A stretch of DNA of 38,480 nucleotides from Priapulus caudatus. Lineage: Eukaryota. Under the pieces are notes generated by a model. The model saw only the letters and a program-made list of their open reading frames with translations, was not told where the DNA came from and made no database searches. How positions within the stretch are numbered: position 1 is the first letter of the stretch; every line of letters begins with the position of its first letter. This document shows positions 23,474 through 35,000 of this stretch, one piece after another. Position numbers and translations under genes: made by a program. Location: positions 478,200 through 516,679 of the forward strand of contig NW_014577092.1 in NCBI RefSeq assembly GCF_000485595.1, written 5' to 3'.

Positions 23474-25009
23474 GAGTCGGCACTTTGCCTTCATGCGTGC
23501 CCGCGTGCGGCGGGAACGTTAACAGACACCGACGCGTGTAGTACACACATTACGTCCACATCCCCTCCCCCAATAACGAATCACCCCGCTCTACGCCGCC
23601 CACATGTGCTGAGCGCATTTCTCGAATCGACAACACGTCGACGCGCAGAACACGTCTGCAGTGGGCAGCCGCGGTCGGCGATCAGGCCCACCTCTCGCTG
23701 TCATCGCGCTGCTAACCACTTGGTGCGAGTAGTTTACGGCCGGTTCGGCTGCGATACATCAACGCCGAGGCGATTACGGCCCAGCCGGCCGACGATGACT
23801 GCCGGCCCCGTAGATGACGGCACTTAGTGTCGCGCTGTTTGCGGTCGCCGTCCGCGTTGATTAACGACCGAGTGGCGGCACCCATGCACGCACGCCGGTC
23901 AGATACTCTAGCCGACATTACCACGAGTGGGGGGGGGGAGGAAGGTGAAAGAGGCTGCGATGGCTAAGCACATAGAAGAGTGATCCGTTATCCAAGCGAG
24001 CGTAGCAGTTATAGTAAGCATTTCGGAAAAGTCTTCACGACTGTTCTCATATTTGGCGACCATTGCAAAACTTACAATTATTGCTTGCGTTACAGCAAGT
24101 GTCCAAATTAGGGCTAACACGTCTTAAAACACGCGTACATCGGTAGTTTCACCAAAAAATGCTACGATTAAATTTTGGCGAATTTTCTATTGTTGATTTG
24201 TTTTTGACGGGTATATGATGACGCCAAGTGTTTCTAGTGAGAGCCTCACCCTGCACACTTTGTTAATCGTAACTTGTACGAAGTAAAAAATACGGTGCTA
24301 GACTCAAATCACTGAATGCAAACTGAACGTACTGTGTATACGTTACTGAAAATGGTAGCGCCATTTACAAGACAACTGTAGCGACATTGAATTGTGTGGC
24401 TGCGTTACATGCTATTTCATATACCACAACAGCAGAAACTCGTGGTAAATGTTATAGTGGACTCTGGAGTAATCATTGTGTCCACTAATAGGTGAGACCT
24501 ATTCGTGAGACATGTTTTCATTTTTAGATTTATTTGAAAGAGATAATAGTTTCAAGAGGGAAACACACGCGCGCGCGGACGCGCCGTCGGATCTCTCACC
24601 AGTTTACGATCCCAGATTACGGGAACTCTCTTGGCAAAATCACGAAAAACGGCGGTCATCAAAGCTCAGGCGAAAGCTAGGCGAAACTCTTCACAAGCAC
24701 ACACCCACCCTCATGCACGCACATAGTGGATTTCTACAGCAGGGTATAAGGCGTACACTTGATCATCATGTTTATTACTCTAGGCACGATGACAAGCGCG
24801 CACTATCCGGACCCGACACGTCACGTGACACATCGGCAGACGCTAGGCGGATGTGCCGACTGTACATGCGGCAGTTTCCGACCAGCATCTCCTCGTCGTC
24901 TGCGCTCATTATCTATCATCCTCACGTTTCCTCTATCCTGCTTCAGGCGAATCTCTGTTATAAACGACGGATAGCCGATAAGGCGTTGGAATTCGAATCT
25001 TCCCTTAAT

Positions 25010-25446
25010 TATCCTCATCCTCATAATCAGCGTCAACTTCATCCTCATTCCCATCCCCATTCCTATTTTCATCCTCATTCCCATCCCCATTCCTATTTTC
25101 ATCCTCATTCCCATCCCCATTCCTATTTTCATCCTCATTCCTATCCCCATCACATCGACATCCTCATCCTTATTCCTATCCGCATTGCCACACTCACCCC
25201 CGTCCACACCCCAACCATCCCCCTCCTCCTCTTCCTCCTCCTCCTCCTACTCCTCCTCTTTCTCCTCCTCGTCCTCCTACTCAACAGCCTAATTGCCTTC
25301 ATCCCCACGTACAACCCCATCCTCTATCTTCATCCCCATTCTTATTCCTATATCTGCATCTTCATCGTTATCTCTATCGATTCTCATCTTCCACGCCATC
25401 CCCATCCTCATCCTCCTTCTCCTCATCATCATCATCATCATCATCG
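25010..25446. repeat. 30-bp minisatellite (ATCCTCATTCCCATCCCCATTCCTATTTTC x3+) within a CAT/CCT low-complexity region
   Basis: Three exact copies at 25041-25130 plus a partial copy; (CCT)n at ~25223-25280; (CAT)n at ~25424-25445. Confidence 0.9.
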
Positions 25447-25499
25447 TCCGCAGACGCAATAGCGACGGACTGGCGGCGTTTATATGCAGTGCAGTGGGA

Positions 25500-25615
25500 G
25501 GCAGAGGAGCGCGCCGCTGCCGCGTGCATGATAAGTGGTAATCATGAGGCTGTAATTAGGATGTTATTCAAGTGGCTACCACGCCGTAGCCGAGCAATCA
25601 TTCATTATGCACGCG
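25500..25615. promoter_or_regulatory. Candidate enhancer module with homeodomain and NK2 motifs
   Basis: TAAGTG at 25532-25537, TAATCA at 25539-25544, TAATTA at 25553-25558 and TCAAGTG at 25568-25574. Confidence 0.3.
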
Positions 25616-25686
25616 GATGAGGGAGGGGACCGTAAATCAAACTTCGATCATCAACGAACGAATTCCGGGTTCAGAATCAGCGACCA

Positions 25687-25775
25687 TAGACTGACTGCAT
25701 TCGACTTCGTGCGACTACCGTCCACGGGTCGTCGGGGGCGTCGATGACAAGACGACGACGCATGCAGTCAGTCTA
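25687..25775. mobile_element. Tiny MITE (89 bp) with perfect 14-bp TIRs (TAGACTGACTGCAT); Academ-like ends
   Basis: TAGACTGACTGCAT at 25687-25700 and ATGCAGTCAGTCTA at 25762-25775. The TSD is unclear. Confidence 0.7.
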
Positions 25776-26790
25776 ACCTACGATGGCGAGTTCACGTTTA
25801 GTCTGTTTTCCTGTTTCGTTGCGAAACGACTAAACAACGCACGTTGTAATGGACCTCGTTGATGCGCTGATGAAAGCCTGTACCTTCGTTATACGTGTTC
25901 GCCGCATTTGCAGCTAAAAATTACAGAGGAACCTCAATTTTAACGAGAAAATAATTGGGTCTTGGCTCGATTCAGAGCTTTGCGAGCAGAGGCGAAGTAT
26001 AGAGCTACACTGCATTGAGAAGCAATCGGGCTCCAGTACTCACGCTTGCCGGACGATATTAACTAACATTATTCAGAAATAACGCGAAAATGCGAAAAGG
26101 TTCGCGGTGAAAACAATCAACGAATGTATAAATCGATGAAGATCTACACGCGCTATTAGCCAATTAGCTATGAACGTAATCTGCTTCTGATACCTAAGAG
26201 TACTACGAGACATAGTGAGCCAACCTACGTACGTAGCAACCGACCTAGGCGCATGTCTAATAATGAATCCCGAAGCCATTGTTACATCCGCATCCTCTCT
26301 CAAGCGGCAGCAATAATAGCAGCAATAACAGTAATAGCAGTAGCAGCAGTAGTATAGCTGCCAAGAAACGGTATTGCTAGGGTTAGAAGACTGTTTCAAA
26401 CATTGGCTGCAGCTAAACACGTAGTTGTCGTATTTGCCAAGTATCGCCAAAGCAAAGAACACTTCACGTGTGATATACCAAATGAATAAGTATACATCCA
26501 CCTTCTTGTAACTATCAGTGCGCTACGATGCGCTCGTTACTTACGGGTTTACCGCGACTTTTTGAAACGAATGCTATGCTGTGAGAATGAGCAGATTATA
26601 CCGTGAATTAAGAGATACATTCTAGTTTAGAAGCAGGATAACTGCGAGTAAACGTTCATATTTCAAACAAGGCAAGTCAAAGGTGGTAGTAGAATAATTT
26701 CATTTGAGATATACAGAGTTATTCATCTAGATCTACATAGGTGATGGGGTTTTTGTATGGAAGCGTGTCAGGCTGCACAGCCTCGTCGGG

Positions 26791-27020
26791 CTACAACAGT
26801 AGTAGCAGCAGTAACAGTAGCAGTAACAGCAAAAGTAGCACCAGCAGGAGCAAGAACAATAACATCAGTAATAGCAATAACAGCAACAGCAGCAGTAGCA
26901 GTATAGCAGCAGTAGCAGCAATAACAGAATCACCACATCCACCAGCAGTAGAAGCAGTAGTAACTGCAGTAACATCATCAGCAATAACAGCAGCAATAAC
27001 AGCAGCGGAACCAGCAGCAA
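26791..27020. repeat. Degenerate (CAG/TAG/AAC)n trinucleotide tract
   Basis: Seen directly; a similar short tract lies at 26308-26353. Confidence 0.85.
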
Positions 27021-27260
27021 CCCTGGTCACGATCCCGTCGTAGTAAATTAGTTATAATTCAAGCAGCAATTTCAGCAAGATTACGGCAAATAAGCTCAGT
27101 AATTCCGCTCTCAGGGGCGCGATTTCGCCGCCTGGTCGATAAAAAATATAATAGTGGTCCACATCGCGCGGCCAATCAATCCACAAGACGTATAGGATAT
27201 ATATATATATATGAATTTCAAATGTGCGCTTCTGCTTCATCATACTATCTACAGTTCGTG

Positions 27261-27316
<56 letters not shown>

Positions 27317-27317
27317 G

Positions 27318-27383
<66 letters not shown>

Positions 27384-27422
27384 CTCGCTCTCTCTCTCTT
27401 CTCTCTCTCTCCTCTCTCTTCT

Positions 27423-27462
<40 letters not shown>

Positions 27463-27673
27463 CTGTGTGTGTGTGTTTCGTCGTGTCGTGTTGTGTGTGT
27501 GTGTGTGCATGTGTCTTGGTGTGTGCTGTGTGCTGTGTGTGTGTGCTGTTGTGGTGTGTGCGTGTGTGTTTGGGTGTGTGTGTTGTGTGGTTTTGATGTC
27601 GTGTGTATGTATGTGCCGTCCATGTGCGTGTTGTGCGTGTGTGTCGTGTGCTGTTGTGTGGTGGTTGTGTGTG

Positions 27674-27719
<46 letters not shown>

Positions 27720-27720
27720 G
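27261..27720. repeat. (CT)n followed by degenerate (GT)n microsatellite
   Basis: Seen directly. Confidence 0.95.
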
Positions 27721-27875
27721 CCTGTGACTTCTCGTGTCGGAGACTAATGCAGCGTCTGCGACAGTGTGCGGCGGACAGATAGCCGTGGGAGTGTGCGGAG
27801 GATTACGGCAGCGGGCTGTATAAACAGCAAGCGCCTTCGTTCGTTAATTCGTTCACGAGATGAACAAGCTGCCGT

Positions 27876-27946
27876 GTGCGTGCGTGAGTTTGTGCGTGCG
27901 TGAGTCTGTGCGTGCGTGAGTTTGTGCGTGCGTGAGTCTGTGCGTG
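27876..27946. repeat. 16-bp tandem repeat GTGCGTGCGTGAGT(T/C)T, ~4.5 copies
   Basis: TTT and TCT variants alternate, giving a 32-bp higher-order unit. Confidence 0.85.
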
Positions 27947-28346
27947 GGCCTTGCGAAGGTATAGGCGACGCGGCAGTGATCGTAAGAAACCAGACAATGA
28001 CTTCACATGTTAGACGAGCGTGCCCTCAACGACTGCCATGATAAATAGCTCCTTGCCGCGCCCCCTTCTCCCCCGGGGTACTATTTTGTTAGCACAGTAA
28101 TCTCGATCTACAGTGTAAACAGCGAGGTACATATACTCGTGTCACACGAGCCCATCGCATCGCATATTTTATACCTCAGCGCTCATAAATCACGGGAGAA
28201 CAGGACATACGATATAGTCCGTTCGATAAGCAAAAACATTTCAAACTACATGCATGGGTAAGGATTCGCGGCGTAGTTTTGCATATACAGTCTACAAACC
28301 AAATGGGCAAGCATCCACAGACTACTCTATTTCTCATGATAGCAGC

Positions 28347-28480
28347 ATCATCATCATCGTTATCCGCGTCGTCATCATCATCATCATAATCATCTTAGAA
28401 TTGCTCTTTACTAGCATAATTATTATTATTAATATTATTATTATTATCATCATCATCATCATCATCATCATCACCGTCAT
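28347..28480. repeat. (ATC)n/(ATT)n compound microsatellite
   Basis: Seen directly. Confidence 0.9.
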
Positions 28481-29839
28481 AAGATGACTCTGGCCATTGT
28501 TAAAATCCGCTGTTTCCGCGTGAAATTCATCATGCTCCAGGCGCCTCCAACCGATATGAACCTATAGTCTCGCGCGAGATTACGCGTGATCGGCGGACCG
28601 CCGCGTGTTATCCGCGTGTGTTATCCGCGTTGTACTGAATCCCGCCGTACGAATGGGGGCAGCAGATGCGCTGCCGATTGCAGCGCGACAATATATCAAT
28701 TAACGCCGCATTAGCCGATCGCTCTCATCTGATGATGGCGGTGCGTGGGACTACGCAGCAATACGAGCATGCGTGCGCTATACATTACACGCCGAACGCA
28801 AATCCTCGCGAATGATCGAGCTAGCGTGCGTGCGTGCGCATGCGCGTGGCAGCTCACTGCGCAGGCAGTGAGAACGAGGCGAGATTCGTTGCGTGGTGAT
28901 GATATAACCTTACGAGTCGGGGACATTGGTCATTGTCGAAACAGCTAGCTTCCGAAAACAATAACACGAAACGAAACCTTTCTTCCTCTTCCGGCGAAAT
29001 TCAACTCCCGTTGACGACGCCACGAACGGAGCAACCAGGGCCCGTGAATATAGAAGAAGGTTACCTAGGAGGCTATCCTAAATACCGCAACAAATTCGGC
29101 GGAAAAACATAATTTCAAAATAATAATAAAAAGTAAAAAACCTACCGATAAATAACACGGAGGGAGAAAAAATATAATATCACAACAACGCCATTTTAAA
29201 AACGTGTGAGAAAGTTAAAAGATAAAGCAAATAGGCAACATGTGTCCCAGTCTTGGAGAAAAAAAACTCCGAAGACGTTTGTAGGCGTGGATCGCATTCA
29301 GGAGTTATACGGATCAGGCGCCGCTGTCTGGCAGTGGTATTCTAGTGCACCCCGCGCCCAATGGCCACCCACCCCACCCGACACACACACGGCGTCATGC
29401 CCGTTAACGAAGCCTCTCTAAGCAAGCGTGCAGTCGTTCGCACATCGACAGCTCGTAGATTCGCCACCGCCATGCACCGCTATAGCGGGACGACCTCCGG
29501 TCCCTGGTCCATTTGGGAAACGTCATCGCCAACGTCGTCGTCGTCGCCGCCATGTGTGTGTGTTTGCCTCCCTGAGCCTGAGGAATGATCGTGCGGCTCT
29601 CCGCAAGACAAATGTCCCGTATTCGCTTACAGGGCTGAGCGTCGGCATCTCGTCTACGCGTCGATGAAGAATGCCGCCGGAGAGCGAGGCGGCATCGGCG
29701 CACGGCGACGCACGGGGAAACCCAAACAAGACACAGATGTAACACAAAGGCATTAACGAAAAATTATGGTCACGGGTCGGATGAGAGTGGAGCGCGTTCG
29801 TACTCTGGTGCATAAAGAAATCATCGAATTGAGCGAGGT

Positions 29840-30122
29840 GGGAAGGCAGGGAGGCTAGGCGGGAGAAAGGGAGGAAGTGAGAGAGGGAGAAAGAGGAAGG
29901 AGAGGAAGCAGGCAGGTAGGTAGGAAGGTAGGCAGGCAGACAGGCAGACAAGACAGACAGACAGACCGGCACGCAAGGAGGTAAGAAAGGAGATAGCAGA
30001 GCAATAGAGAATCAGAGAAATAGACAGGCAGGCAGGCAGGCAGGCAGGCAAGCTGGCAGATTGCCAGGAAGGAAGGGAGACAGGCAAGCAGACAGACACA
30101 CCGAGAGGCAGGCAGGCAGGCA
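29840..30122. repeat. Degenerate (GGCA/GACA)n purine-rich tract
   Basis: Seen directly. Confidence 0.8.
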
Positions 30123-31184
30123 CGCAATCATGGAAAGGTAGAGAATGATAGGTGGTCATGCAAACCCGCAAGCAGGCAAATGCACAGACTAATTGGGGAA
30201 CAGGCCCGCACGCGAGCAGAGAGGCAGTCAAGCAAATGAACAAATTGTTAGCGGGACAGACATACGGAAGAAGTAGGAAAGGAAGGCAAACACGTATATA
30301 TGCGCGTAGACTTATAGGCAAGCAAGTAGGCATGCGAATAAACAGAATGCTAAGGAATTAAGCATGGAGCAGGCAAGATCGACATGCATATGTACTATGC
30401 AGACATGCAAAATTCAACAAACACAAATCTATCTATCTATCTATCTACCAATCTATCTCGGGCACACGCTCACGAATACTCACTCGTCCGCCCCTCGCGC
30501 GGGCATGTCTACCCGCCCTGTGATAGGGCTTAATTGGCAAATTAATCCGTTTAGCGATATTATTGTTGGTAAATACATCCATTTCTCCCCGCGCGCTATC
30601 GATCGTGCAGCGTCAGTCAACGTTGGCTCGTCTCTCTCTCACAGCACAGCACGGGCGCGTCTGCGCACGTGGCACGGTTGCACAAGCCCGACCATGGCAA
30701 AGCGTAAATGCGTAATGAACGTAAGTCGCATATGTGTTCGCCCGTCTCCCTAGACGTAGCAATATACGGCGTGTGATATAGAGGATATGCTAAACTATAG
30801 TGCGCCGTGACACGTTATAGCAAAATGCGCTGACGATGTTTCATGACCTGAGCTCGCGGCAAAACGCAAGGCGTCTTCTGCGGAAAACGCAAAAGTACAT
30901 AATTATACTTTCAATGGCGCGTGCACCCAATGGTTTATCTGCTCTGGATACCATATAACACGCAGTTTTCTGGAATGGTCGTGAGCGATAAGGGAGATTT
31001 GTGGGGACGGGGTTTGAGCGGGACACGGCACTACGCACGTCGTATACTTAACGCGTACAGTAGCACACGGTGCGATACAGAGAAACATGCGATACAATGT
31101 GTTACGTGACACGTAGTATACTGGGGCTGTCAGTACACGCGGGAAGACGCCTTGCATCAGTATATATAACATACAACATGAAAC

Positions 31185-31465
31185 AGGTTACAGCCCTATA
31201 GACCGAAGGTCCGATAGACCGAAGGTTTATTCGAATACGCAGTGGCTACGCGTCAGGAATCGGTCGCCTAGCCTCCAGGCTACGCATCCGGACATCCACT
31301 GATGCCGTATTCGAACGTGAATATGCCGCACATCCACCGATGCCACTATAAATCATATGATGCCACTATAAACCATATATATGCCCTAACCCTAACTCTA
31401 ACTCTAACCCTAACCCTTTGCAATATTCGGTCTATCGGACCTTCGGTCTATAGGACTGCCCCCCG
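31185..31465. mobile_element. Non-autonomous DNA transposon (281 bp) with ~33-bp subterminal inverted repeats, a telomere-like tract and a 6-bp TSD
   Basis: CAGCCCTATAGACCGAAGGTCCGATAGACCGAA (31191-31223) is inverted at 31426-31458 with one mismatch; (CCCTAA/CTCTAA)n at 31384-31416; TGAAAC at 31179-31184 and 31466-31471. Confidence 0.85.
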
Positions 31466-31903
31466 TGAAACGTGGGAGGAGTGAAGGGTGAGCGGTAAGA
31501 AAGAAGAAGGGTGCGAAACGCGGCCACTGGTCATACCCTGATAGGAAAGAGGTTTTTAGTGGTTGTTTACATGCGTTGCTATACGGCAGCCGCTAAAATG
31601 AAACGTAGAGTATGTGACCATATGACAATGTGATAATGTGATAACATATCGGATTATATAAATGTGACCATATCGAAAGCGCTTTGCCGCATCACTGTCG
31701 ACCATCCCCAGCATACGACGTCTAACATCTCATAGCGGGTACAGGCATATATATAATTACGGTAGTAGATCACTCCTACAGATGACTGCCATATATCACA
31801 GTTTGGGTGACAGCCGTCATTAGTAAATCGGCATGTGTGGTGTGATACAATGGTGCCTGTGGTACACTGTTGTGTCTGTGGTACATCGGTGTCTGTGGTA
31901 CAA

Positions 31904-32064
31904 GTGCGTGCGAGCGTGCGTGCGTGTATATGCCTGCGCGCATACGTGCGTACGTGCGTGTGTGCATGCGTGTGTGCATACGTACGTACGTGCCTTCATA
32001 CACGTATGCTACGTTCGTGCATGCGTGCTTACGCGCGTGCGCGTTTACGTTGTGCGCATGCGCG
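31904..32064. repeat. Degenerate (TGCG/TACG)n tract
   Basis: Seen directly. Confidence 0.75.
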
Positions 32065-35000
32065 CTGGCGGGTGGTCCCATAGATTTGCCTGCGACGACC
32101 GTCGTGCTCGTTTAACCATGAGCGCTTGGAACACCGTCCGATCCGTCCGCTGTGTGATCATGCGCACCAAACAACACCATCAATCGCGCAGCAGCCTTTC
32201 CTATACAGCCATAATTGATTACTCCGCTGCTGCTGCGCTTACGGCGAAACGAACATTCGAAATCCTCGCCAGCCGCAATAACTCCTTCAGCACAACTCGT
32301 GGAAGAAACCCCCCCTACCGCGCTTCCCCCACAAACATGCGCCTGTATGGTGCGAGAGAGATCGTGTACGCGAGAACAAGACTGAGTTTTGTTAATACAA
32401 TTTTACGACGCCGGCCGCTGCGTCTTTTCCTCCCACGCGCGCATCGCCGAGTAACAGTAATAACCGCAAGCGCTCGCGAATACGAGAAAAATATTTCACG
32501 TAATATATTATCGCGCCAATATTTACCGAGAAAACAGAGTTAATTTGCGCGCGCAAGCCGGTGGGAGAAGTCAAAGTATATATATACCCATGCACCAAAC
32601 GGACAAACATATATAGCTGTTTACAAATACATTTATAACGAAAAGAAAAGCGAATAACCTTGATATCGCATCGACAAAAATGCAGCGCGTTTCTATAATA
32701 AGCTGCGCCCATCGGGCCTGCCTATTGCACAACCTTGGTGCGTCCTGCGTCGTCCTTGCGCACTGCGCATGCGCGCGCAGTATATTATTACGAAATACGC
32801 GGTCAGATGGGCTAGGTATCTCTGCGCTATCTCTGCTAATCCACAGCGTGTATGCACAGCGATTACTGTGAATGTTTCCTCAGAACAAGTAGCGATGCGG
32901 AAATTAGTTTAAACACGGATAGCCGAAATTTACTTCAAAAGGTTTGTCTGTCGTTGAATATCGCAAACTTTTAAAAGAAAGGGATAATAAAACGGCGATT
33001 TTAAAGATGTTCGTTTTCGCGAAACGTTAAATATTGCAATATCTCAAACGAACTCATTGTGCAATATCATAAATTATCACGTAGGCCTACATTGAGATGT
33101 GTGTCTCTACCGGAAAGTAGTTTGGGTTTATTAAATACACGTTACGTACGTCATAATCGTATCTAGCTAAGATTTCTCACGTACGTACCATAATGTAACT
33201 TCACCTCGCTTTACACATATAACATAAATCCGCGTACGCTCACTTTACGAGTGGTACGTACGTACCATAAATCGTGGCGCGGAATTTCATACGGCGAGAA
33301 ATTCGATTAAATCGTCGGGAGTTGCTACACAAATGCCTGCTTTTTATATGTTCTACTAATGCCAAGATTTCTCACACCACTAGACAGACACACACTTTCT
33401 AAATAAATTAACTCAGTAGGCGTAAGCATATGTTGTCTGAGTCTTCGCGAATAAGATAAATTTCACCGCGTTTGCTGTCACGCGACTGTAGACCGCAACG
33501 CGCCATAAACACGTGGGTTTGTTACCGAAGAAAGGCTGCAAAATAAATATTCAAAGAACGAGGTGTGCACGACAACGATAATAAAATGTACAGTTTGTCG
33601 GCGTTGAGTTATGGTATTAGCACATAAATGTCAGCAAGTGCGAGCACGGGCCCAGCGGTTGGTTACTCGTGCACAAGCCAGCTACCTGCCCGAGTCATTC
33701 TACACGCAAACGACAGTCGTTAATAAATATGCAAGGGCGAAACGGAACAAGACAAGATTCAAACTGACAGTCTGTCTTGTGTTCACCGTTTTTCGGGGTA
33801 CTAAATCGAGCTGCGTGAGCCTCTCCGTACTCACATGCAGAGAGTAAGTCCGCGGAAATACTTCTTTGCATCGGGATATTTCTTAGTCTAGCTAGTAATA
33901 CTACACTATACTATTTACATCGTTAAAAGGCGCTTCGTTCGTTATGCGAGTCAGTATAGTAGGTGGTAGGAAAATATTCAAATAAAATTTTACAGTTATG
34001 GAAAAGCTGGAGCTTCAATTATGTTGCAATCAAAACTCGCGCGCCCATCACACGATAGGTTGAAAGTCACATGAGGATTATGCGGTAGAGTTGCGCACCG
34101 TAACAAAAACGAATCTTATTGGATAGACTTGCTGTGAACATGGCCGTATTATTAGACAATAACGAAATGTTCAACGAAAGTCTGCATGATATCTGAAGCG
34201 AACATTGATTATTTATATCATTCAAATTGGACTTTATATGTTATTAATTACGCACTATTTTACTTACGTGCGAAAAGGAACTAGACGTAGATAGAAACAT
34301 ACGAGCCAACGAAATCGAATAGCCGCAATAACGATAGGAAAGCTCGACATAATTCCTAGCACAAAATACATTATATTTATTTGCTACGTGATATCAATGA
34401 ATTGTACAATTTCGTCATTAATCAACTTTGAATAACAACGTATAGCTTGCTTTGTCAAAAAATTACGATCGCTTCGCCTTAGTCGAGGTAGTCACCTTCG
34501 CTTAGTCAAGGTGACTGGTGAACTCGACATGCTGTCATTTTTCCACTCTCATGGATGTAATACACCACGGCAGCGCAAATTGAATTCAACGAGGTACTAC
34601 TCTTGAAATACATTTTAATTTGGTGAAGGATGGTTATCCGAGCGTACTAAAATTACAAGATAGGTTTAAATGTGTATTTTTATCACCGACCAGCACGCAC
34701 GTAAAGAATATATCAAACACGTGTACGTATTAGGCCTATTTCTAAAGTACATAAGCTTTTACAGAAAAATCCTGGCGATGACCGTGTTCGGTATTTTCTC
34801 TGAATTTTGGTATTTTACCATCGTAATTTATATAACGTACTATTTTGATAAAATAGTACTATTTTATTATGGCGCCGGCTTAACGCAGTAAGACTGTCCG
34901 TTTAAACACCACCTAGTAATGTAAGTCGAATTTTGTTCGTTTACCGACGTTGTATATTTACTATACTTACTATACATCGTGTTAATAACTGTGAACGCTG

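Noticed and set aside
23271..23546. Ala/Gly-rich ORF resembling a transcription factor low-complexity region
   Set aside because: Entirely explained by the CAG/CAC microsatellite; no adjoining domain or convincing splice context.
24512..25462. 316-aa His/Pro-rich ORF, the longest gap-free ORF
   Set aside because: The second half is stop-poor CAT/CCT low-complexity and 30-bp repeats, and the first half has no recognisable homology. It cannot be fully excluded without RNA-seq.
29089..29099. ACAAATTCGG matching part of the miR-10 reverse complement
   Set aside because: The match ends after 10 nt and there is no hairpin.
29404..29745. GC-rich segment with short ORFs and TCCCTGAG (miR-125/lin-4 seed-like)
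   Set aside because: No recognisable protein; the sequence diverges from miR-125 right after the seed and no precursor hairpin is evident.
31384..31416. True telomere or chromosome fusion site
   Set aside because: Only about 5 imperfect units, lying inside a TSD-flanked element.
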